DNA of 61,312 nucleotides, filler included, from Rhizaria sp. SCN 62-66 (lineage: Eukaryota), in the NCBI GenBank assembly GCA_001724265.1. It is 3 parts of 3 records of this genome, joined end to end, with 100 filler letters (N's around TTAATTAATTAA, not from the genome) between each part and the next. Parts side by side here need not be neighbours in the genome. Positions count along the whole stretch, not along the records: positions 45,773 to 61,312 come from MEDY01000494.1; 2 more parts are not named here. The stretch is one strand, 5' to 3'. Each line of letters starts with the position of its first letter. The first letter of the stretch is position 1. Below the pieces are notes generated by a model. The model was not told the origin of the DNA and ran no database searches. It saw only the letters and a list, made by a program, of their open reading frames with translations. This document shows positions 46,470 through 59,200 of this stretch, piece after piece. The position numbers and the translations under genes are program-made.

Positions 46470-49400
46470 TCACGCGTGGTAGTTCTTGACCGCGACGGCC
46501 TGGCCCGTGCGCGCCGACTCGATCGCCGCGGCCGTAACCGCGACCGAGGTGACACTGTCGGCCAGCGAGACGGGCGGCGCCGCGCCGCCGCGCACGGCCG
46601 CCACCACGGCCTGGTAGTAGTCGGTCCAGCGACCCGGCAGCGTAGGGACCGGCTCGGCGACGCCGGCGCGCGTGCGCAGCGTGCCGTACTCGGCCTTGGG
46701 CTCGACGGCGACTCCCAGTGCACGCCCAGCCACGAGCACGTGCTCCTGCGTGTCCATGCCGTGCTTGGCAAAGGTCGCGACGTCGCCGACCACCAGCATC
46801 TTGGGCTTGGGCACCGCGACAAACGCGCCCACGTCGACCACGGCCACGGACCCGTCAGAGAACGTCACCGTGACTTGCGCGTGCGTGTCGGTGTCGGGTG
46901 CCGCTGCGTCCTCGCGGAGGATCCGCGCATACACCGAAGCGGGCACAGGCGCCGCGGCCTCGGGCTCGTCGGGCTCAACCCCGGGCTCCGCGCGCCGCGC
47001 GTGGCGGAACACCGTGAGCGCGTGGTCCAGGCAATGGGCGCCCAGGTCCCAGAGGCGGCCGCAGCCGGCCTCGTTGGCGCCCCGCTTCCACGCCTCGGGC
47101 GACTTGGACAGCCCTGCGTTCCAGGCGAACTCGGCCCAGCGCACGCGGCCGAGCGCGCGCGTCTTGAGCAGACTGCGCAGCGTCGCAGCGTCGCCGTCGA
47201 AGCGCCGGTTCTGGAACACCGTGAGTACGCGGCCCGCGCGCGCGGCCTCGCCCGCCAGCGCCTCGGCCTCAGCTACGGTGGGCACGAACGGCTTGTCCAG
47301 CACGACGTGCTTGCCGGCGCGCAGCGCTGCCTGCGCGTACGCGGCGTGCGTATCGGGCGGGGACGCGATGACAACCAGCTCGACCGACGGGTCCGCCAGC
47401 GCGGCCTGGAGCGACGGGTACACAGTGGCTTCGCGCGCGGCGTCGAACGTCTCGGCCGTGGAGAAGTCCGCCAGCGACACGGGCCCCGCGCGTGCGCCGT
47501 CGCCGTCGCCGCTGCCCTCGGCCGCCGCAGAGTAGCTCGCGGTAGACAGGGAGAGCGAGAGCGAGGGCGAAAGCGAGAGTGAGACGCCCGCGCTCGCGGC
47601 CAGCGCGTCGGTCGCCGACACCGACAGCGCGGCGGGGCGCGTCAGCAGACGCATGTCCCACGCCACGCCGTGCGCGGTGACAAGTCCGTCAAACTGGTCC
47701 TGCTCGCGGGCAGACAGCGCGCACGGGGCGGCGGCGCGGCACGGCGCCTGCGTGTCCGCGCGGCCGAGCGCGTCGGCCTCGGTCACCGTGGCAAAGTGGT
47801 GCGCGTCGATCGGCACGCCCGCCTCGCCGAAGTGGTTATGCAGCTCGACGACGTGCTGCCTCACCGCGGCGGCGCGCTCTGCGTCGGCAGTGGCGTCCTC
47901 GCCACGGGGACGCACGACGGCGCCCTTGAGCACGATGCCCGCGGCCGAGGCCAGCGCGGGGGGGTGCAGGTCGCGGCCCGCGAGTCCCCAGCCGACGACA
48001 ACGGCGCGCACAGGCGCCACGCGCGCGGCGACGGGGCGGCCGTCACGCGCGGTCGCCGTCGTCGCCTTGGCCTGCAGCACGGGCTTGACGGCGAGCAGTC
48101 CGCGCGTGCGCATGTAGTAGTAGCCCTTGAGGCGCAGCGCCGCGTAGCCCAGGTAGTCGAACGCGACGCCCGTGGACAGCGACATAACGACGGACCACGA
48201 GCCCCAAAAGAGGTGCGCGGCCAGGACAAATCCCATGACGCGGCGCCGCAACACTTCGACGCGCGCCTCAAGCACGGGGTCCTCGCTCTGCGCGGCCTCA
48301 CTCAGCGATGCGGCGTCGGCGTCGAGCGTCGTGTTGACGTCGCCGGACCGCGCCGCAGACAGCGCGCCTGCCGACAGCGACTGCGGCGGCGGCGGCGGGG
48401 CAAGCATCGAGGGAGTGGTCGGCGACAGCAACGCGCCGCCATCGGGCCGCGTGGCCGCGCCTGCCGAGTAGAGGTCGGCCGCGCGGAGGTACGTGCGGAT
48501 GAAGTTACGCTGGTGGTCCTCGTCGGGGAACTGGCGCCAGTCACAGTCGAAGCCGGAGCACTCGCAGAAGTGGTTCGCGATGTCGAAGGCGCGGAAGTTG
48601 ATCGCGCCGTACTCGAAGTCGATCAACGTGACCGTGGGCACGCCGTGCTCGTCGTAGGTGTGCAAGATGTTGCCCGACAGCAGGTCGTTGTGGCAGAATA
48701 CGAGGGGCTCGTCAAGCGCCAGCAGCAGCGCGCGCAGCTCGACGAGCTCGCGGTGCACGCGCGGCAGGTCGAGCGAGCGGTATAGAGCCAGCCGGTCCGC
48801 GTCGCCCGCGGCCTCGAAGGCGGCCTCGGCCTTGATGGCGAGGGAGAGCCAGCTCTCGATCGTCGTCCACAGGGAGCCGTTCGCAGCCACGGGCTTCGGC
48901 GGCTCCGGGGACGGGCGCGGGGGCACGGACGAGCCTGTCGAAGCAGTAGACTGGGAAGCAGCAGCAGACGGAGCAGCAGTCGGGGCAGCGGCAGTGGCCG
49001 CGGCGGCAGTGGCAGAGGCGGTGGCGGCGGCAGCGACGGGCTCCTCGGGGGAGGGCATGCGGAAGCGGAGCGAGTGGAGCGCGGCGACGGAGACGGCGAC
49101 GGCGGAGGAGATCTGGCGGTCGAGCATCTTGGCTGGTGTGAGGCTCTCGGCGCCGTCGAGGAAGCCCTCAAGACGGCCGTTGGTGAAGGAGCCGAAGATC
49201 GAAGGGCCGACGCGGTTGCGCGAGATGAACTTGGCAACCTGGAGCTCCGAAACGCGGTTGATCACGGCCGACGAGTGGCGGCCAAAGAGGCGCACAATGA
49301 CCGGCGGGTACGGCGCCATGCGGCACACGAAGAGGCGGTTCGTGATGCCGCCCTTGAGCACGAGGTGCTCGAAGTCAACGGGCGCCTCGGCGGGAGCGGG

Positions 49401-49892
49401 ACCGGACGGGTGGTACCTGCGAGAGACATACGGGGACAGGGCAAGGTGGGGCAAAGATAGAAAGGCTGGGAGCGACTTGAGAGGGCGTCGGAGCGAAACA
49501 GAGGCGGAGACGTGGGGGATGGGTAGGACAGGAGGGGTTTGAACGACTTAAGGTTCTAGAGACGGACCTGTAGACAAGCTCGGAAATGACGTGATAAAGG
49601 TCAGCGCGGATGTTATCAAATGACTTGTCCATGTCGACCACAAACTTGATACGGCGGTCCTCTGGTGCGAGCTCAGACTGTGGAAGGAAGCAGTATTAAA
49701 ATAAGGGCAGTGCGACGTTGCGGGTTGAGTTGGGACGAGAGCAGTCAGAGAAATTAGTACTAGCGAGACATAAGCAGCAGTGGACGCCACAAAAAGAACT
49801 CAGCAATAAACATCAGCATGCGTCGCTCGTGGTATCAGACGTACCTGGTTGGGGTGGTCGTGAGAAGGCGGTCCAGTAGCAAATGCAGACAT
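46470..49892 (-). CDS. fusion protein: ethanolamine/choline kinase + Gfo/Idh/MocA oxidoreductase (YdgJ/IolW-like), 3 exons
   Basis: Exons 49892-49845, 49677-49568, 49416-46470; introns GTACGT..CACAG and GTCCGT..CGCAG. Kinase motifs: LKGGITNRLF, VIVRLFG, FTNGRLEGFL, VFCHNDLLSGNIL, LIDFEYG, FDIANHFCE, FDYLGYA. Oxidoreductase motifs: VVGWGLAG, GKHVVLDKPF, VFQNRRFDGD, GRLWDLGAH. Ends TGA. Confidence 0.88.
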
Positions 49893-50504
49893 TCTCGGTC
49901 ACCAACTTTGGATAGCGCGGCAGCAAAGGAAGGAGGGTGTAATAGGGGATATAAGTCGTAGGCACAAGTTAGAGCAAAATATAACGCTAGAAATTCCATC
50001 AGATTATATGGAACTATGCATATTTCACAATATACTAACGAGGAATCGTGGTGTAATAGTCTTCGCAAGTCACGTGAAGTCGTTGACCGATTCTCTCGGT
50101 GCAGCTCTCTGTTCTTAACTCCCCCTCTGACTTGGGAGGAGCTGCGCCGTCTCATTCTAGGAGCAGATCGGAGTCAAATCTGAGTCTTGGTAATTGTCGA
50201 TTTTCAATATGATGTGCTCAGTAGCGCGCATGTGTGTGTTTTTAATAGTATCTCTTGGTGATGTGTCGGGCGGTCAGTGAAATTGTGATATGGTTCCCTA
50301 TCAAACAAGGAGCGTGCCCCTTCTCCAAAATTGAGAAACCGAGTGTATAACATCTTCATATGACTCACCAATACGCACCACTCAGTAATTGAAACTTATG
50401 ATTTTTATGATATTGTGTTTCTAATCGGTTCAACCTCTCCACAGGCGCGTTTTCGACAAGAGAGTGTTGACGGCTTTCTTTGTCGAGTCCTCGCCGCTCC
50501 GTCA

Positions 50505-52568
50505 ATGTCCATGATGTCGACAGGACTCGCCGACCGCGTCCGCGCCATGCTGCGCCGCGAGGAAGACCTGGCCCAGCAGACACGCGGCTACCCCGCCAGC
50601 GGCGCTTCCCGCGGCGCTCCCGCGTCAGCCCACCCGCTCCGCAGCCGTTCTGGCGCCGCCAACACAAACTACAACAGCACCACGTACCACGGCGCCACCG
50701 ATGTCCCGACGCCGCGCGCGCAGCTCAACTTTAACTACGCTTCTCCTGCGCCCGCGCGCCACGGCTACGCCGCCGCGGAGCGCTTCCCGCTCGCCCGCGA
50801 CCGCGATGCAGCATACCCGCCGCGCAGCGACGACTATTCATATTCATCTGCCGCCGCTGCTGCTGCGCCCTACGCGTCGCCGACCCACCACGCAAGCGTC
50901 TTGCAGCACAGCACGCACCCGGGCCCGCTGCACCACTCTTTCACCGCCGCCGCCGCCAATGGTTACGGCGGCCTCGGCTCGAGCCTCCCCGCGCTGCCCC
51001 CACCGCGCTCCCCCGCTATGCTGCACTCGGCCTCCACCGCACTGGCAGCCTCTGCGACCGCGGCCTCCTCGGCGGCGGCTGCGTCGGCTCCCGCGCACGT
51101 GCGCTCGCTGCGGCACCAGCACCTGGTCGCAGCACGCCTAGCCGCCCACTTAAGCGCAGTCGTGCACCGCGGGCGCGCGCGCGAGCAGGAGCTTCTCTCG
51201 GCGCTCTCGGCCCTATCGCCACACGCGTCGGCCGGGCTGGGCCCCGCGGGCGCATGGGCTGAGGGGCTGGGCGCAGACGCGGGCCCCGCGCCCGGGGAGC
51301 CCGCCGCCGTGCGCGAGGTCCGCACCGTCGCGCTCTACGAAGGACTCGTCTCCGCTCTGGGCCTCGCCAACACACTCTCAGCCACAACCGCGGATAACGC
51401 CGGGGGCGAAAACGACGGCGAGGCGGTGTGGTGCTCCGTGTGCGCGGGCGCGTCGCTGTCGCCGGCGCGCGCGCAGGAGCTGGAGGACCTCTCGGCCGCG
51501 CTGGCAGCCGCGCAGAGCGAGACGGCTGCGGTCCGCGCCGAGCTGGCCCGCGCGACTGGGCTGCTCTCCGACGCCAGCGACGCTGCCGCGCGCACGCGCG
51601 TGCAGATCGACGCGCTGGGCCGCGAGGCGCTGCACGCGGCCGAGCGCGCCGACGCCGCCGAGGCCGCGCTGCGCGAGCTGCAGATTGCCAAGGCCGCGGC
51701 CGAGCGCCGTGTGGCCGCGGACGAACTCGCGGCCGGAGACGCGCGCGGAGCCCTCGCGCACGCGCAAGCAGAGGCCGCGGCGGCGCAGCAGGCGCTGCTG
51801 GCCGAGCGCGACGCCGCGCGGGCCCGCGAGGAGCAACTGCGCACGCGCGCTGACGCCGCTGCGCACCGTGCGACCGCCGAGGCGCAGCGTGCAGTCAGTG
51901 AGGCACAGCGCGCGGCGGCCGCGGAGCTGCGCGAGAGCGAGGCCACGCGGCGTCTGCAGGCGGCCGACGCGCACGCGCACGCCGCCGTGCAGGCCGCACA
52001 GAACGACGCGGCGGCGGCGGAACGGCGCGCGGGCGAGGCCGCGGCAGAGGCGCGGCGACTGACGGTCGTGCACGGCGGCACGAGCAAGGGCTGGGAGGAT
52101 GAACGCGCCGAGCTGGCGGCCGCGGCGGAGCGTCACAAGCGCCGCGCCGTCGAGGCCGACGCGCAGGTGGTCGCGTTGGAGCAGCAGGTGCGCGAGCTGC
52201 GCGCCGGGCTCACCGCGGTCCGCAATGCCACGGCTCACGCGCCACACACGGTCCTGGCCCTGCCCGCGCCCGCCGGCCTCCGTCCCGAGAGCGACTACGC
52301 GGCTGCTTCTGCCTCTGCGACGCCGCGCTTCGGCATTCCGTTTGCGGGCCCGCCTGGCGTGTTTGCCAGTCTGCAGCAGCACGACTCCGCCGGCGCGCGC
52401 GGCGGCTTCGGCGGCGGCTACAGCAGCGACTTCGGCGGCAGCGACAGCGGCAGTTCTGTTGTGGCGGCGCGCGCTGAGAGTGAGGAGCTCCGTGCGCTGC
52501 TCGCGCGCGCAGAGGCGGAGCTCCGCGTCGAGCGCAACCGCGTCGGCGCGCTCTCTGCCGAACTCGCT

Positions 52569-52611
<43 letters not shown>

Positions 52612-54986
52612 TCACGACTCCGCGCATAGGCTTCGGCTCCAGCTCCAACTCGAGCTACGGTTTAAGCTCTAGCACTAGCGTGGAGGAGCGCGGTCTCGTG
52701 CCGCACAACCCTTACGCGGCAAACGCCAACGGCAGCGGTCATGGCGCGCACAGTAGCGCCGCAGTGATCGAGGCGACTGCGCGCGCGCGTGAGGCTGAGG
52801 CCCTTGCCGCGAGCGCCGCGCGCGAGGCCGCCGCGCTGCAGAAGCAGCTCGCGCAGGCCGAGGAGCGCAACCGCACGCTGCTCAAGGCGCACGGCGCGGC
52901 GCGCACAGACTGTATGCGACTGCGGCAGCAGCTCATCGACGCGCAGGCCACCGCCAGCACGGGCGCGGCCGCGGTGCTGGTGCCCGAGCTGCGCGCGCTT
53001 CTCGCGGCCAGCGGCGCCAACGGCCACAGTGCTCCGGGCTCGCCGCGGGGGGCCTCGTCGGCGGCCGCGCGCGGGGGCATCGCTGCAGCGCTGCAGGCCG
53101 TCGCCGTTGCCGCGTCGAGCCGTCAGGGCAGCCGCCTCGGCAGTCGCCGCGGGTCATTCGCCGGCTCCTCCCCCGTCAACGGTGCGCGCGGCCGTGTCGG
53201 CGAGGGCGCGTGGGCCGGCGGCGGCGTGCCTGAGCACGGAACCCGCGACCACGAGTCTGAATCTGCGAACGCGCTGCCGTTTGTCGGCGCGCTCATGAAG
53301 AGCTTCACCGAGGCGAACCTTACCGCGCGCGCGCTGGCCGAAATCGCCGCGGGTGCGAGCCCCGAGCACGGCGTGGCGTTCGCGCCGCCGCAGGAGGTCG
53401 CCGCGCGGCTCGCCGGCATGGGCGTTGGCGCCGGCGCTGTCGACACGCGCACGCCAGTGCCGCGCACGCTCAGCGCGTGGCCGGACTCTGCGGTCGGCCC
53501 TGCGGCGGGTGAGAGTGCTGCGCTGGACGTGGGTTACGACGTGCCCGCGCTGCTCACGCTCGCCAACGCGGTCAACACGGGCACGCTGCTGGCCTCCGCG
53601 CAACTGGGCTTTACGCCCGGCGACAGCGACTGCGACGGCGACGGTGGCGATAACAGTGAGCACCACGCAATTGCGGCCGCAGCGGTGCTGCCCGAGGGCG
53701 CAAGCCCGGCGGCGTGGGCGTCTGCGCGCCGGCACCCGCGGCTCATCAGCACCGCCGCCAACGCGCTCTTGAGCTCGCTGCTGCAGTTCGGCGACGGCGC
53801 GAGCTCCACAGAAGGCAATGGCAACGGCAATGGCGCTGGCAAAACTGTGCAGGTGTTGTTCCCGCTGTTGGTGAGCGAGCACATGAGCCCCGCGCAGGCG
53901 GCCGCGGCAGTCACTGCGCAGGTGCGACGCGTGGTGCTGACGAGCCGGCTCGTGCTGGCGCTGGCCGAGTCGCACCAGGCCATCACAGCGCTCGCACAGA
54001 GCCTCGTCGTCGGCGCGGAGGACCTAGCGCTCCTCAGCCAAGCCGCCGCGGACAACGGCCACGACGGCGCGGGAACCTCCGGGGCGTCCGCTGCGGCGGC
54101 CGCGGCGCTGGTGAGGGAGCGCGCGCTGCGGGCCGGCGTGGCGAGCTCGCTCGAGGCGTCGTGCGCAGCGCAGACGGACCTCGCGGAGAACGCCGTGGAC
54201 GACTTCCCGCCCGCGCTGGCGCACGCTGTCGGTCTGCGCGGCGATCGGCCGCCGCTGGGACTTGTGTCAGAGCAGTTCCGCCAGCGCCAGGCCTCGGCCG
54301 CCATGGTCGCAGACGGCATGGACGGCGTCGACAGCGACAACGACACCTACAACAACAACAATAACAACGACGGTGACGACGACGACGACGATGACGCGGA
54401 CTTTGACCTACTGATGATGGGCTCGGGGCTCACCCTCGAGGATGGCCTCAGCGGCGCTGCCGGCGGCGTGGGGGTGGATCTGGACGCACTGCTCAACGCA
54501 CACAGCGCGGCCTCGACCAACGCACCCACTACGCCCTCCGCCGGGTCCGCGTCCGCGCCCGCGCGCGGCGGCTTCGCGCTGTCCTCTCTCAACAGCGGCG
54601 GTGGTGACGGCGCGAAGCGGTCGTTCTCGACGGCTGAGGTGGAGCGCGTGGCACGAGCCATCATCGCGCGCTTCCGCGGCGAAATGGAGACGCTGGCGGC
54701 GCAGAACGTGTCGACGTCGGAGAAGCTCGCGCGCAGCCGGCTCCGCTGCGAGCGTCTGCGCGAGGCAGTGGGACAGGCGAATCTAACTGTGCGCAAGGCG
54801 CGCGAGGCGCTGGCGCTCGTGAACGGGCGCGTCGACACTCTCGCGACCGTCACGCGGAGTAGGGAAGAGGAGGCGCTCGTCGCCGTGGATGATCTGCTCG
54901 AGCGACATGTGCGCCTCAGCCGCGACAACGGGAAGCTGCGCAAGGAGCTCGCGAGGCTCGAGGCCGCGCACAACTACGCTATGTAA
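50505..54986 (+). CDS. hypothetical long coiled-coil protein (~1490 aa) with a poly-Gln tract
   Basis: First ATG of the 4.5-kb ORF is at 50505. Extended Ala/Glu/Arg heptad regions at ~51470-52230 and at the C-terminus. Ends TAA. Confidence 0.8.
52572..52610 (+). repeat. (CAG)13 microsatellite encoding poly-Gln
   Basis: Perfect CAG run following CAA, inside the coiled-coil gene. Confidence 0.9.
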
Positions 54987-56200
54987 CTAATCTTTTATCA
55001 TGCACGCAGGAGTGAGTCCTGCTTTGTCCATGAGATGCACGCTGTACATAAGCGTTGTGTTTTTTAGTCTTTTCCTGATTTAAACGTCTCGTCGCTATGA
55101 TGCGAGAGCACTGCAGCGTGGTTTTGTTCACTCATTTTGTTTTTTTCATCACTACCATTGTATACTTTTTTGCTCGGTAATATTTTGTACACTTGTTCAT
55201 GTTAATAAGATTCACAGGAGTGCGGCTGATTACGTGCGTTGCCTGGATTGTAGCCGGTACAGCGGTTTCCACAAATTGCCCCACGTGGCAAGTTTGCGAT
55301 TGTTTCTTGTTGTTTTGCTTGGTGTGATTAGTTCGCTGTGACGCAATGTTACGCATTTTTGCTCTCTGTCATTTGTGAGTGCGGAGAACATACCTCTTGT
55401 TCAAGTGCAGAGTATAGGAAGAAAATTTGATTATGTCCTCATACAGAACCCTTTAATACTCTTCTTCTTTTTTTTTTGCACTAATGATCGTCCACGAGTG
55501 GTATCCTCGTATTTTGATCTTTCCGTACATTACCTTACCAGGGTGGCCGGACGGAGCTTCGAGACCAGACCACGTCGCCTCTCTTCGGATCTTAACTGCG
55601 CATAAAACCGATCGTCATTTTGGACGCTGCGAAATATTAAGATATTAATATGTAATTCAATACTTGTGTTTTGGTTAAATTTCCTGGGGTTCCTAACCAT
55701 GATCTCCAGTAATCATTATGCGACAGCCAGTTCCGGTGGTGTGACCTGCTTGCATGCCCATCATTCTGACACCATCTCATGCGATACAAGAGTGAGCTGA
55801 TAGCATAAAACCGGATCGTTGCTGGTCTATTTTTGTTCATGCGCTGCCTGGTACTGCGTGTTTCTCATGTAACCTTTCTTACTCCCTGTTAAATCCTGGC
55901 GGAGCAGTGATGTCGCAAAAGATGCAGCGCGAGTCGGCTCAGAAATGCGAGGTCAAATGGGGTCTAGACATAGCACCACGATAATATGCGCATGCATGAG
56001 AACTTAATTTCGTATTTTTAGCTCGTATACCTCCTCATAAATCCTTTAATTGTCTGTTTTCCTTCACTTTAGCCGTATTTTCTCTTCGTTTCCCCCAGTC
56101 CGCAAGTCGCGCACGTCAGCTTTCCCCGCATCATCCTCGCCCCTGCACACCCGCGCCTTCGTCGCCTGCGCTTGCGCCCGCGTCTCCGCTTGCCGCCGCC

Positions 56201-59200
56201 ATGTCGTACCCGTCCCACATGGGCATCCAGATGGGCCACATTGGCAACAACGTGGAGGACGACTTCATCCGCATCGCCGGGCTCGACTACACGGCCGAGG
56301 AAGTTGATCCTCTGCGCGCGCTCTGGCTCGACGTCAATGACCCCGACGCGGCGCCCGCCGAGCGCGACGCCGCACGCGAGGCCTTTTAGAAGGAGCGTGC
56401 GCGCCTTAAGGCCGTCGTCGCGGACCGCGCGTCGATGCAGCGCCGCCATTGGGGCAACGTTGCTTGGCTCGACATCATGCTGCAGCGCTGGCTCACGCCC
56501 GTGATCATGCTCGCCTACCGCCACACCGTCACCGAGCACGACATCCCCGCGCTGCCACCCGCCGAGAGCGCGGCGGGCGTGGCGAACGACTTCAACCGCG
56601 AGTGGCAGCGCGAAATCGAGCGCGCCGTGCGTCTTCGCCAGCCGCCCTCGGCGTTCCGTGCCGTCGTCAAGAGTAACCTCCGGCCGTTCGCGACCATCGC
56701 GGTGTACGAGGCGATCTTCTACGCGACGACCTTCGCGTCGCCGTACCTAGTCGACGCGCTGACCAGCTTCTTCGAGCGCGCGGGCCGCGGCGAGCCCACC
56801 GATGCGAGCGAGGGCTTGCTCTACGCAATGGGGCTCGCGCTCGTCGCGCAAGCCGCGGCCGCGATGGTCGTGTACAAGTTCTTCTACTGCACGACCTTTG
56901 GCCAGCGCATGCGCTCGATGGTGATGATGACCGTGTTTGACAAGTCTCTCGCCATCGCGCCCTCGGCCGCGCTCGAGACGACCACGGGCGAAGTGATGAA
57001 TCTCATGGCCAACGACGCGCAGAAGCTGCCCGGTGCAGCTCTCTTTGCGCACTTGCCGTGGATCTCCCCCACGGTTATCCTCATCTGCATGGTGCTTCTG
57101 TGGGCCAAGATTGGGCCCTCTGCGCTGGTGGCGATGGCGCTCATGGCGATGCTGCTGCCGATGCAACTGCTCGTCGCGCGCTGGGTCGGCAAGAACCGCC
57201 GCGCGACGCTCGTGTTCACCGACGCGCGCGTCAAGCAAGTCAACGAGATGCTGCAGGGCGTGCGCGTGATCAAGCTCTACGCCTGGGAGGGCGCGGTGCG
57301 CCGCACGCTGGCCGCGATCCGCGAGAAGGAGCTCCGCTTCATCCGCAACGGGCTGCTCTACCGCATGCTTAACCTCGTGATGCTGTTCGTGTGGCCCGCG
57401 CTGGTGACGTACCTCACCACGGTGGCGTATGCGCACATCGGCGACGGCGAGCTCCAGAGCAACACCATCTTCTTCATTCTGTCGTTCCTCAACGTCGCAC
57501 GCTTCCCCATCACTCTGCTGCCGTACGTCATGCAGTCGCTCGTCGAGTCCCTCGTCGCCACCAAGCGCGTCGCCACATACCTCACCCGCGCAGAGTTGCC
57601 CCAGCGCCCGCTGCTCCCCGCACCCGCGCACGCAATCACTCCGGCACCCCAGTCAGCAGCCGCCGCCGCCGCCGCTGCGTCCCCCGCTGCGACTCCCAGT
57701 AAGCGTGGCGGCGCAGCGGCACACTCTGCCCCCGCTGCTGGTGTGATGAGCGCGCCGTCGCAGGCGACGCTGAGCAAGTCCCTGTCGCTGGTGCCGCCGT
57801 ACGCCGCGCGCTTCGCCGTCGCCATGCGGCACGCCGCCTTCACATGGTCGCGAGAGCCGCTCTCTAGCGACGCCCCGCCCGTGCTCGCCGACGTGTCCCT
57901 TGCCCTGCTGCCCGGCTCGCTGACCGCGGTTGTGGGTCCCGTCGGCGCGGGCAAGTCGTCGCTGATCTCGGCCATCCTGGGCGAGATGCACCTCTACGCC
58001 TCGGGCGACTGGGCGCGCGCGGCGGGCGCTGTCCCTTCGGGACTCACCGAGCAGGAACGCGCGCTCTGGCAGCTGGCCGCGCGCGGCGAGGCGCGCGCCC
58101 CCGACGCCGCGCCTGCCGTGCCCACGCAGCGCCAGCGCCCTGAGGCCGGCGCGCTCGCCCCCATCAAGTCGTCGGGCCATGGCGCTGGCGCAGGCTCAGC
58201 GGCTGAGGGCGAGGAGCCGTTCATGCTCTCGCCCGACACGGGACTGCCGCTGCCGGCTTCGTTCCTGGAGCTGCCCGCGCCCGCGTACTCGACGGCGATG
58301 CCGCCGCCGCCACCGCTGGCCGCGGGGCCCGACGGCGTGCTGCTGGCCGAGCGCCCCGCCGCGGGCGACCTCGACTGCTCGGACCCGCGCGCAGCGCTGC
58401 AGCTTGTCTGTCTGCGCGGCCGCGTCGGCTACCTCGCGCAGGACCCATGGATTCTGCACGCGACCGTGCGCGACAACATCACGCTCGGCCTGCCGTACTC
58501 GCGCGCGCGCTTCGACGCCGTCGTCGCCGCGGCGGCGCTGGCGCCCGACTTTGCGATCCTGCAGCACGGCGCTGACACGGTCATCGGCGAGCAGGGCGTG
58601 AACCTTTCGGGTGGCCAGAAGGCGCGCGTCGCCATGGCCCGCCTGCTGTACCGCGCGGACCTGCTCGACGTTGTGCTGCTCGACGACCCCTTCTCCGCCG
58701 TTGACATGGGCGTCGGCAAGCACATGTGGGAGCAGTGCGTTCTGGGCGTGCTGCGCAACAAGACGCGCCTCATCTGCCTCAACTCGCACCTCCACTTCCT
58801 GCGCCAGGTCGACGCTATCGCTGTGCTTGACGCCGCTGCCGGCCGCGGCGCCTCTGCACCCGCCTCGCCCGCCCACCACAGCCAGGACCACAGCCCTGGT
58901 CACAGTCATGGGAACGTGCACGTGCACGACATCGACCTCGACCTCAGCGTCGACTCGAGCGCCGCCCGCAGCGGCTCCAGCCTCGGTGCTATCGGCGCCG
59001 GCGCTGGTGTTGATGTTGCGGCGGGGCTCGTCTCGGACATGACGCGCCGGCCCGTGACGACGATCGTCGCGCAGGGCACGTACGCAGAGCTCGTGGCGGC
59101 TGACGTCGAGTTCTCCCGGTTCGAGCACCACAACGAGGGCCACGACCCCGAGGAGCCGCCCGCGATGGGCGCCACCGACGCCGACGGTGAGCCCATCGCC

